Position numbers and translations under genes: made by a program
The notes under the pieces: generated by a model
The model's input: only the letters and a program-made list of their open reading frames with translations
What the model was told of the DNA's origin: nothing
Databases searched by the model: none
In this document: positions 38,935 to 47,026 of the stretch, one piece after another
How the letters are laid out: every line of letters begins with the position of its first letter
How positions within the stretch are numbered: position 1 is the stretch's first letter
Origin: Candidatus Multivoradales bacterium
Lineage (GTDB): Bacteria > Acidobacteriota > Thermoanaerobaculia > Multivoradales > Multivoraceae
Assembly (NCBI GenBank): GCA_965223325.1
Contig: CBDCWI010000001.1
Coordinates: 1,312,001 to 1,376,000, forward strand
Direction: 5' to 3'
Length of the DNA: 64,000 nucleotides

Positions 38935-40353
38935 CTACTCGACGAGGTGCCATTCAGTTTGTCGACCGCCCAGGTAGTGCACATCTTCGCCGTCGAATAC
39001 GGCGCCCTGCTCGAGCTTGATCAGCACTGGCCCATTCCAACTTTCGAGTGCGACCTTGGCATTGCCTTCGATCGCATAGGTGGTGTTCGCATGGAGCGGC
39101 CAGTCGCCGCGCACCGGGGTATCGCCCTGGTTATCCCACATGCCGATCGTCGGCCCGACCGAGTGGCCGAAAACGCCGAGCGGATGGGTGTAGGTCATCG
39201 TGCTGAGACCCTCGGCCTGGGCGTCACGAATGGTGCCGGCGAGAATCTCGTTGCCGGTGCGGCCGAGCTCGTAGTTGCTGGTCAAGATGTCCTGCCAGCG
39301 GTTGCCATCTGAAAGAGCGCGCACCAACTCCGCCGGCACCTCGGTTTCGCCGAGACGCATGACGTAGCCCATCTCCTGGTTGTCGGTGCAAAGCCTCAGG
39401 TAGCAGATCCCGACATCGGTGTGCAGCACGTCGCCACGCTCGATGACCACGTCGCCACTCTCGCCACAGAAGGTGTCGTGGTCGCATTCGAACTCGGCAC
39501 GTTGGACGTCGACCGACGGTTGAAACCAGATCGGCAGCTCGAGTTCGGAGAAACGCTCCCTGATGTACCAGGCGACGTCGGCAGCGGTCGTGGCACCCGG
39601 AGTGACCACCTGTTCGGAGAACGCCTCGGCGATCACACGCCGGGCGATCGACACGATGTGCGGAAAGACCTCGAGCTCGAGCTCACTGCGGGTCTCGATC
39701 CAACGCACGACCAGGTCTTCGGCCGGAACCACGCGCCCCTTCAGCCCCGGTGGCAGAACTTCGATCAAGCGCTCGTGCAGGCCGTGGGTCAAGCCGTCGG
39801 CCACTGGCCAGTGGCGACTCGTGTTGATCGCAATGCGTTTCGGGTCACGCTCGGCGATCAACGCGCCCAACGCCCGCCACTGGTCTTCGAGGTCGCCGCC
39901 CTCCCAGGCCGCTTCATAGAGGCGCCCGAACGGATAGCGGTTGACTGAAAGGCGATCGACACCGGCCTCTTCGCCGCGATCGTGGAACACCAGCATCGTG
40001 GTGCGCCGCGCCGCGAAGACCGGCTCTGGCACCAGGCTCCAGAACACAGGGTCTTCCGCGTACTCCCGGTTGATGACCACCCACATGTCGATTTCGGTGT
40101 CGCGCATCAGGCGCGGCAACAGGTTGACCAGGCGATCTTCGAGAATGCGGTTGACCACCTCGACCCGTTCGCGGTGGCGCAGGATCTTGGGCATTTCCGT
40201 CACCACACGCCCTTCGCGATGCTCGCGCGCGTTGACCTCAGGGCGCTCGCCATCATCGGCTGCCACTGCCGGTGTCGGAAGGACTGCCGCACTGACCAGC
40301 ACGACAAACCATGCGCTCGAAAACAATAGGGAACTTCTGGATGCCGACATCAT
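38935..40353 (-). CDS. Secreted M24 family metallopeptidase (Xaa-Pro aminopeptidase-like)
   Basis: Signal peptide, GDVLHTDVG, TDNQ, THPLGVFGH, YAIE, KLEQ. Confidence 0.88.
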   Translation of the reverse strand: MMSASRSSLLFSSAWFVVLVSAAVLPTPAVAADDGERPEVNAREHREGRVVTEMPKILRHRERVEVVNRILEDRLVNLLPRLMRDTEIDMWVVINREYAEDPVFWSLVPEPVFAARRTTMLVFHDRGEEAGVDRLSVNRYPFGRLYEAAWEGGDLEDQWRALGALIAERDPKRIAINTSRHWPVADGLTHGLHERLIEVLPPGLKGRVVPAEDLVVRWIETRSELELEVFPHIVSIARRVIAEAFSEQVVTPGATTAADVAWYIRERFSELELPIWFQPSVDVQRAEFECDHDTFCGESGDVVIERGDVLHTDVGICYLRLCTDNQEMGYVMRLGETEVPAELVRALSDGNRWQDILTSNYELGRTGNEILAGTIRDAQAEGLSTMTYTHPLGVFGHSVGPTIGMWDNQGDTPVRGDWPLHANTTYAIEGNAKVALESWNGPVLIKLEQGAVFDGEDVHYLGGRQTEWHLVE

Positions 40354-40490
40354 GCACCTCCGTTGACAGAAACGAACTCAAGGTCGGGAATGCCGGCATC
40401 CTACGGCACTCTTCGTTACTACGGAGAGAATCGGCAGGCACGCCCTGGGGAGCGGCGGCCTATCGACGACCAGAGGTGTACGACCCGGGA

Positions 40491-41591
40491 TCAGGTCATG
40501 GTGCCGATGGCAGGCCCCTCGTAGCGACCATGCTCACGGCGAAGGCTGTTCTCGGTAGCCTCCAAGCGTTCGGCCAACTCCGCGCGGTCGAGCAAGAGTG
40601 ACGCGAGTCGCGCACCTTCTTCCAGGATGTCGGTGTGCTCGATCTTTCCGTTGAGCGTCACGTCGCCATAGAGCACCAGGAAGGCCGCGCCGCTCGCAAA
40701 CAGCGGGACCGCCATGGTTTCGAACGGCAAGTCACCGCCCAGCCGGTCGAAGATCGACTGTTCGAGATCGTTGCCGAGGGGGGCCTGGCGGACCAACCGC
40801 CCCGCCTGCAGTGCGTGGTTGAGAATCGAGGGTGGCGCGGTGGGAATCGACAGGTCGCCGAGATCGAAGGCTACCTCTTCAGCCTGGCCGAGGCCGGCAG
40901 AGGCAAACCCCCGTAGGCCGTCGGCCGAACAGAAGAACAGCGCTGCCCGATCGACGAAACGCAGCGCGAAAGGCAGCAACTGCCAGGCCACCTCTTGCGG
41001 GTCGCAGGCCGTTCGCAGGCTGCGCGAAAGGTGAAAGTAGGCGTTGAGATGGCCAGCCCGCGACGCACCCACGTCATCCCAGCGCGCCTGCGCTCCCGAG
41101 GCCGTCACATCTACCTCGGTTGTCCCGAGGATCGGACCGAGGGGAATCGCCTCGCCGACCTGCAGGTGCACTTCCAGGGGCTCGAAAGAGTAGTGCCCCG
41201 AGTGCCAGGTCATGACCTGCTCGAGCAACTCCTCGACTTGAATGCGCAGCGCACGCGTCAGGTCGGGCTCGGCAACGTCGGCGGTCGCGCGCAGCAAGAA
41301 GCCGAGTTTGTGGCCGCCCGACGAGCGCTCCTGGCGGTCGAGAGCACGGTCGAGTGACGCGCGGGTCACCAGCGCCCGGCTCAGGAGAACCTCGCCCAGC
41401 AGCTGACGCTTCCACGACGTCCAGGTGTCTGCGACCTTTCCCTTGCTCACCAGCATGGTGGCCTGGCGACCCGGGCCCGTGAGCGTCAGCTTGCCGCTAC
41501 GCCCGCTCTGAACCAACTGTTCGAGCACCTGCCGGACGCGGCCGGCGTTCAGAACACCGCGGTAGATCATGACCTCCTCCAAGCCTGCCAT
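40491..41591 (-). CDS. DUF4388 domain protein with a GAF-like C-terminus
   Basis: YRGVL...SGKLTL, LGEVLL, WHSGHYSF; C-terminal AVPLFASG...VLYGD. Confidence 0.8.
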   Translation of the reverse strand: MAGLEEVMIYRGVLNAGRVRQVLEQLVQSGRSGKLTLTGPGRQATMLVSKGKVADTWTSWKRQLLGEVLLSRALVTRASLDRALDRQERSSGGHKLGFLLRATADVAEPDLTRALRIQVEELLEQVMTWHSGHYSFEPLEVHLQVGEAIPLGPILGTTEVDVTASGAQARWDDVGASRAGHLNAYFHLSRSLRTACDPQEVAWQLLPFALRFVDRAALFFCSADGLRGFASAGLGQAEEVAFDLGDLSIPTAPPSILNHALQAGRLVRQAPLGNDLEQSIFDRLGGDLPFETMAVPLFASGAAFLVLYGDVTLNGKIEHTDILEEGARLASLLLDRAELAERLEATENSLRREHGRYEGPAIGTMT

Positions 41592-41662
41592 CGAACGCCG
41601 TCACCTCCTGTGCTCAGGGACCATGGATCGAGATGACGGTCGCCCCGACACCTACCGGGTTA

Positions 41663-41678
41663 TTCAACGAGTGTGCCA
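41663..41678 (-). promoter_or_regulatory. Possible sigma54-like promoter for the DUF4388 gene
   Basis: Minus-strand TGGCACACTCGTTGAA: perfect -24 box, -12 box TTGA instead of TTGC; AT-rich tract upstream. Confidence 0.45.
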
Positions 41679-41809
41679 ACGGATTCTTTCACGATAACAA
41701 TTCACAACAAGTATCCAGGCCTTTCGATCTATCTCAATGCGTCATTGCGCACTTCAAGGGAGGACCTGCGCGTTGTCCCATCACCGCCACACCGTTCCCA
41801 TTCGGACCA

Positions 41810-41892
41810 CGGGACCCGGGTGGGGTCCCGGGTGACGACCCGGGTGGGGGCCCGGGTGGGGACCCGGGTGGGGGCCGGGCGGGGGCCCGGGT
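41810..41892. repeat. Degenerate 12-bp tandem repeat (GGGGACCCGGGT-like) x7
   Basis: Units cgggacccgggt, ggggtcccgggt, gacgacccgggt, gggggcccgggt, ggggacccgggt, gggggccgggc, gggggcccgggt. Confidence 0.85.
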
Positions 41893-41893
41893 G

Positions 41894-42766
41894 TCAGTCT
41901 TCGCCGAGTTGGACGAGGACGTTGGCCGACTCGGGGAGCACGTCGATGCGCGCACCGGAGGCCAGGAGCTTTTCGGTTTCCATGACCTCGAGCACCGCCT
42001 CGAGAATCTCGGGATCGTGCCCCTTGAGTTGGTTGAGGGTCCCGCCGACGATTGCCGGTCGTGACGCCGAAGCCTCGGCAAGTTTCTGCGACACCTTCTT
42101 GGCGGTCTCACTCTGGATCAGACCAACCCGGTTCTCACCGTCCTGGCGCATGGCGCTGGTGACCTGCACCAGGCGCTTGACGACCTTCTCGGTGATGTTC
42201 TCAACCATCGCACGGTCGGTAAACGCGACCTTGCGGATGTAGACCGAACCCAGCTTGTAGCCCCACTTCTCGCTCAGCGGCGAGACCGCGGCACGCACCG
42301 TGCGACTGAGGGAGTGTCGGTTCTCGAGCATCTCCTCCATCTCGAGGTTCGACAACGTCGAGATCGTCGAGCTCGACACGTTGGCCTGCAACGAACCGTC
42401 GGGATTGGCGTTCTTGAACAGGTATGACACCGGGTCGCTGACCCGCATCTCGTACCAGATGCCGACACCCATCGGAGTGCCCTCTTCCGAGTTGACCATC
42501 TGCGAACGCAGGTAGTGCTGGCGCAGCGCCGTTGATACTCGTTGACGACTGCCGAAGAAGGGAACGAGAAGCGCGCGCGGGCCGAAATTGCTCACGGGGA
42601 TGCGCAGTCCCGGCTCGTCGAGTACCCCGATGACCTTTCCGAACAGGGTGTAGACGTGCGCCTCACACTCACCGACGACGGCGTAGAGACCGAAGAAGCG
42701 CGCGAACGTCGTCATGACGGGAATGATCAAGAGGCCGAGAACGAACGCGATGGCTGGGAGAATCAT
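41894..42766 (-). CDS. SPFH/band 7 domain protein
   Basis: N-terminal TM, LFGKVIGVLDEPGL, SEKWGYKLGSVYIRKV; ATG overlaps the upstream stop. Confidence 0.85.
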   Translation of the reverse strand: MILPAIAFVLGLLIIPVMTTFARFFGLYAVVGECEAHVYTLFGKVIGVLDEPGLRIPVSNFGPRALLVPFFGSRQRVSTALRQHYLRSQMVNSEEGTPMGVGIWYEMRVSDPVSYLFKNANPDGSLQANVSSSTISTLSNLEMEEMLENRHSLSRTVRAAVSPLSEKWGYKLGSVYIRKVAFTDRAMVENITEKVVKRLVQVTSAMRQDGENRVGLIQSETAKKVSQKLAEASASRPAIVGGTLNQLKGHDPEILEAVLEVMETEKLLASGARIDVLPESANVLVQLGED

Positions 42767-43755
42767 GCCCCGCCCTCCTGTTCGCCGCTCATCACCACGC
42801 GACGGGCACGCTCGAAAAGCGGCACCCTCAGGTTGCGACGGTAGGCAGACAGCGCCGCCGAGCCGCCCTCGGCCTTGATCTTCGAAAGGATCGACCCGAG
42901 CTCGCGCAGCGGCGCGACCTCGGCCTCGGCGTTGTTGCGAGCAATCTCGACTGCGCGCTCGCTCATGGTGATCTGCTGCTCGGCGTCGGCGCGCGCAGTC
43001 GAGATGTCGGCCGCCACCTGGTTGCGCGTCGAGTTGATCGCCGACAGCGCCCGATCGACTTCGGGCGGCGGATCGATCTCGGTGATCAAAGCAGCCTCGA
43101 GCTCGATCCCGTAGCGCCCCGACGTCGGCCGGCACTGCTGCTCCATGTAGTCGTTGATCAGCGGTAGGTTCTTGCGCAGGTCGTTGATCGAAACGCCCTC
43201 TGAAAGGTCGACCGCTACCTGACTGGCGCCATCGACGTCGCCGGTCTCGACCAGACTGGCGCCCCTCGGGTCCTCAAAGTTCGCGATGCGCTCACGAAGA
43301 ACAGAAACAAAGAAGCCCATGACGTGCTCGAGCGGGCTGGCCACTCCAAACAGGAAGGGATAGAGATTGTTCTCGCTGACGCGATAGCGCAGCTGGCCAT
43401 TGACACCGGTGGTCAGGTTGTCCTTGGTGACCGCCTCGATCGTGCTTTGGCGTTTCGTGGGGTCCCAGATGATGTCGACGGTCTGGGTGGCAGCCGAGAC
43501 CTTGTGCACCTTCTGCCAAGGCATTTTGAGGTACGGGCCCCCGGGACCGATCACCTTGAGGCGCGGGTAGCGATAACGCTCCTGCTCATCGTCGCTCAGG
43601 CTCGGATCGGGAGCCTCGAGGCCCGCGAGCCGCTCGGCGCGACCGAAGCTCGTGCGCACCGCCCGTTCGTCTGGCTTGACCGTGAAGAAGCCGCGGATGC
43701 CGATTCGCACGACGGCATAGATCGCCAGCCCGAGAAGAAATCCCAACAGAGTCAT
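42763..43755 (-). CDS. SPFH/band 7 domain protein
   Basis: N-terminal TM, VKPDERAV, AVTKDNL, YGIELEAALITEIDPPPEV, coiled-coil tail. Confidence 0.88.
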   Translation of the reverse strand: MTLLGFLLGLAIYAVVRIGIRGFFTVKPDERAVRTSFGRAERLAGLEAPDPSLSDDEQERYRYPRLKVIGPGGPYLKMPWQKVHKVSAATQTVDIIWDPTKRQSTIEAVTKDNLTTGVNGQLRYRVSENNLYPFLFGVASPLEHVMGFFVSVLRERIANFEDPRGASLVETGDVDGASQVAVDLSEGVSINDLRKNLPLINDYMEQQCRPTSGRYGIELEAALITEIDPPPEVDRALSAINSTRNQVAADISTARADAEQQITMSERAVEIARNNAEAEVAPLRELGSILSKIKAEGGSAALSAYRRNLRVPLFERARRVVMSGEQEGGA

Positions 43756-43874
43756 CGAAAGCCCCCCTTCTTGACCGCGCCGCGCCTCGAACGAAACCAG
43801 GCGCGCATGGCCCTAGCCTAGACCAGAAAACCAAGTTTTCCAGTAAGCACCCCTCTCCGGCTCGCGGGGGCTCC

Positions 43875-44939
43875 CTACTGGCCTGCGATCCTGTCGATCA
43901 GGAGAGCCTGGAACTCGGGAGCGGGGTCGGTGAGGTAGAGCACCGAGCGCTCAGAACCGTCCCCAGGCGCCGCTTCTTCAACCACCAGGAGCGGCTTCGT
44001 GACCCCGCTGCCGGGCTGGGTGTCGTCTGGACCTTCGGTGATCCTTGCAACTCCCTCGAAGCCCGAAAGCAGCTCGGGATGGGTCACCCAGGCAACCGCC
44101 AGGGTGTCGAAGGGGTTGAACCCCGGCGCGCCGAGGGTTGTCTGCCAGCGCTCGAGCCAGGTCGCTGTGTTCTCGGCCGCCCACTGCCCCACCGGACCGC
44201 GGCTTGCCAGCTCGGCAATCTCATCCGGCCCGATCCACACCTTGGAGGAGACCTCCCAGGGCGCCAACACCAGGCGCACGTCGCTGTCGAGCAGGACCTG
44301 CATCGCAACTGGATCGAGCTCGAAGTTGAAGTCGCGAAACGCGCGTGCGCCTTCTTCGATCTGGAAGCTCTGACCTGGACGACGCCCCGCCACGATGACG
44401 ATCGCCTCCAGGCGGTCATGCAGTTCGGGGTGGAGCATCAAGAGCGACGCGGCATTGGTCAGCGGCCCGACGGCGAGCAGGGTGAGTGGCTCCCGTTCGA
44501 GGGCCGTCGCCATCGCCCGCACCGCCTCGGTGTCTTCACCCAGCTGGTTGGCCGAGTGCGCGCCAGGGAACACTCCGATCGGCGTGCCGTCCGGCTGACG
44601 GGGCGCGAAGCGCTCTGTGACATCTCGAGCAATGGGTAGCGCGTTCTCGAACTCGGTGTTGCCGAACACCACGCTGATGCCGCGAATCGAGATCTCGGGT
44701 GAGTGGAAGGCCTGCAGCATCATGAGACCGTCGTCGACCTCGCGCTCCGGCAGGCCGATCGCCGGGTCGACATCGAGCCATACCGGTTTCGGCTCGACGT
44801 GCTCGGCTGCTTCTCGGTTTGTGTTTGTGCCATCGACTGCCTGGCCAGCCGGGCGTTCTGGTTCGAAACGACAAGCCACGCTCGCGCCGAGCACCGTAGT
44901 CACAACTGAGACGACCAATAGGGTGGGGATGGTCTTCAT
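43875..44939 (-). CDS. Nucleoside hydrolase (IU-NH family), putative lipoprotein
   Basis: WLDVDP...DD, VVFGN, VGPLTN, FNFELDP, FD; lipobox-like SVAC. Confidence 0.88.
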   Translation of the reverse strand: MKTIPTLLVVSVVTTVLGASVACRFEPERPAGQAVDGTNTNREAAEHVEPKPVWLDVDPAIGLPEREVDDGLMMLQAFHSPEISIRGISVVFGNTEFENALPIARDVTERFAPRQPDGTPIGVFPGAHSANQLGEDTEAVRAMATALEREPLTLLAVGPLTNAASLLMLHPELHDRLEAIVIVAGRRPGQSFQIEEGARAFRDFNFELDPVAMQVLLDSDVRLVLAPWEVSSKVWIGPDEIAELASRGPVGQWAAENTATWLERWQTTLGAPGFNPFDTLAVAWVTHPELLSGFEGVARITEGPDDTQPGSGVTKPLLVVEEAAPGDGSERSVLYLTDPAPEFQALLIDRIAGQ

Positions 44940-46000
44940 GCCTTGAAAGCCTCCAGCGAGCCCGAGATGACAACCAGACGAGCACGCTCGAGCATCTCAG
45001 ACCGCCAGCCGCGGGTTGGGGCGATCGGAAGCTGCGCGACCCCGATCAGGCGACGAATGACTTCGACTCCGGCAAAGCGCGCCAGCAGTTCCTCGTCGAG
45101 GGGTCCGGCACTCACCGCGCGCGCGGCTGCCAGAAACGTCGCGGGGATGTCCCGGTCATGCCGCGCCAGCACCAGGTGCGCAACGGCCACCGCCAGGTCG
45201 AACTCCGCTGGGCCCAGGAACCCAAACTCGGGGTCGATGACCCGCAGACCACGGTCGGTGCGCAACCAGCTGCCCGGGTAGTAGTCGCCATGCAGCAGGC
45301 AGGGACCGTCGGCCAGATACTGCCGACCGACCAGGGCGAACTGCTCGGCGAGTTTCGGGTCGCCCTGCAGCCTACGCGCAGTCTCCTCGAGCCGAGGCTC
45401 GAAGGCGTCGAGCTCGAGGCCGTTGCCGGCATCGAGCGGCACGACAAAAAGGTGCTCATGATTGAGCTCACGCATCTCTCGGTTGGCGAGCAGCGCGCTG
45501 GCTCCCTCCAGACCACGGGTGCCGTGATGGAGGCGACCGATCCAGTCTCCCAGGGTCTCGGCCTCCGAAGCGAGCAGAACCTCATCGCCGTACAAAGAAG
45601 TCAGATCCCGCGCCACCCCGAGGTCTTCGAACAGAAGAACCCGTGCTCGATCATCGGAGCCGAGCAGCCGAGGCATGCTCGCAGCCACCGACGGCAATCC
45701 CCGAATGCGCTCGTAGAACGCCTTCTCGACCAACGCCCGGTCGAAGGGAGCTGGAATCGTCTTGTACTTCTCCACCCACGGGCGGGACTGCTTGAGCACC
45801 ACACTCTGTCGGTCGCTGACCAGGCGCAAGACGAGGTTCATGTTGCCCTCGCCGGCCCGTTCGACCGAGAGGAGGTTCTCGCCTTCGGCGAGCCAACCGG
45901 CCGCCCTCGCGAACTCTTCGATCTTCTGGGGCTCGCTCTGCCGCAACAGAAGCTCCTCCAGATCGACTTCCGGAGCTTCGAGGTTCGAAGCGTCGTTCAT
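44936..46000 (-). CDS. APH-superfamily kinase, 5-methylthioribose kinase (MtnK)-like
   Basis: GEGNMNLVLR, KQSRPWV, LLHGDYYPGS, IDPEFGFLGP. Confidence 0.8.
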   Translation of the reverse strand: MNDASNLEAPEVDLEELLLRQSEPQKIEEFARAAGWLAEGENLLSVERAGEGNMNLVLRLVSDRQSVVLKQSRPWVEKYKTIPAPFDRALVEKAFYERIRGLPSVAASMPRLLGSDDRARVLLFEDLGVARDLTSLYGDEVLLASEAETLGDWIGRLHHGTRGLEGASALLANREMRELNHEHLFVVPLDAGNGLELDAFEPRLEETARRLQGDPKLAEQFALVGRQYLADGPCLLHGDYYPGSWLRTDRGLRVIDPEFGFLGPAEFDLAVAVAHLVLARHDRDIPATFLAAARAVSAGPLDEELLARFAGVEVIRRLIGVAQLPIAPTRGWRSEMLERARLVVISGSLEAFKA

Positions 46001-46225
46001 ATGCGATTCATCCTATTGTGAAACCTCGACCGTCGTGAACCGACCTGGCTGGCCGGATGGGTCGCCGCTCCTCAGGGTTCGTTGTCCGGGCACCGGCGGT
46101 TCTATTTGACGATTCACATCTGCGCCTGGTTCGGCCCTCCCCGCACCCTGCGGACAACGGCCATTCCCTCAACCGAAAGCGTTGCTATCCTGCCCCTCCC
46201 CATCCTCACCTGGAGCGGTCTTTCG

Positions 46226-46984
46226 ATGAGCCGAGCGCGATACATCGCGATGTGGTCCGGGCCGCGCAACATCTCGACTGCGATGATGCGCTCATTCGGA
46301 CAACGCGCAGACACCTTCGTCTGCGACGAGCCCCTCTACGCTCACTACCTGCTCGAAAACGGCCACGACCATCCCGGCCGAGCAGACATCCTCAGAGCCC
46401 AGGAGAGTGACGCGGTACGGGTCGTGGCATGGCTCACCGACGAGATCCCCGAAGGTCGCTCGGTCTTCTACCAGAAGCAGATGGCGCACCATCTCTTGCC
46501 CGACGTGCCACGCCAGTGGCTCGATCGGGTGACCAACGCCTTTCTCATTCGCGAGCCACGCGCCATGCTCGCCTCGCTCGACCGCATCCTGCCGGCGCCA
46601 GAGCTCCTCGATACGGGTCTACCGCAACAACTCGAGATCTTCGAGCGAGTGGAACGCCGCACCGGTTCGACCCCACCCGTCATCGACTCGCGTGACGTGT
46701 TGATGGACCCGCCAGCGATGTTGCGGGCTCTGTGTGAGCGTCTCGGGCTCGAGTTCGAGGAGGCCATGTTGTCGTGGCCACCCGGGCGGCGCGAGACCGA
46801 CGGCGTCTGGGCGCCGCATTGGTATGACGCGGTCGAAGAATCGACCGGCTTTGCACCCTGGCAGCCGCAAGAGGTCGAGCTTCCCGCACGGCTGGAGGCC
46901 GTTCTCCGCGACTGCCAACCGATCTACGACCGCCTGTCGCAATTCAAGCTCACCGTCAGCAACCGCGCCAGGACGGCCAGCTGA
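46226..46984 (+). CDS. Sulfotransferase-like P-loop protein (family often linked to branched-chain aminotransferases)
   Basis: IAMWSGPRNISTAMMRSF, DEPLYAHYL, YQKQMAHH, WAPHWY. Confidence 0.8.
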   Translation: MSRARYIAMWSGPRNISTAMMRSFGQRADTFVCDEPLYAHYLLENGHDHPGRADILRAQESDAVRVVAWLTDEIPEGRSVFYQKQMAHHLLPDVPRQWLDRVTNAFLIREPRAMLASLDRILPAPELLDTGLPQQLEIFERVERRTGSTPPVIDSRDVLMDPPAMLRALCERLGLEFEEAMLSWPPGRRETDGVWAPHWYDAVEESTGFAPWQPQEVELPARLEAVLRDCQPIYDRLSQFKLTVSNRARTAS

Positions 46985-47026
46985 ACCCTCCTTCGCCAGC
47001 GGAACGACCACAGAACGGAGCTCCCG

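Noticed and set aside
41810-41892. CRISPR array
   Set aside because: Units are 12 bp and contiguous, with no spacers and no cas genes.
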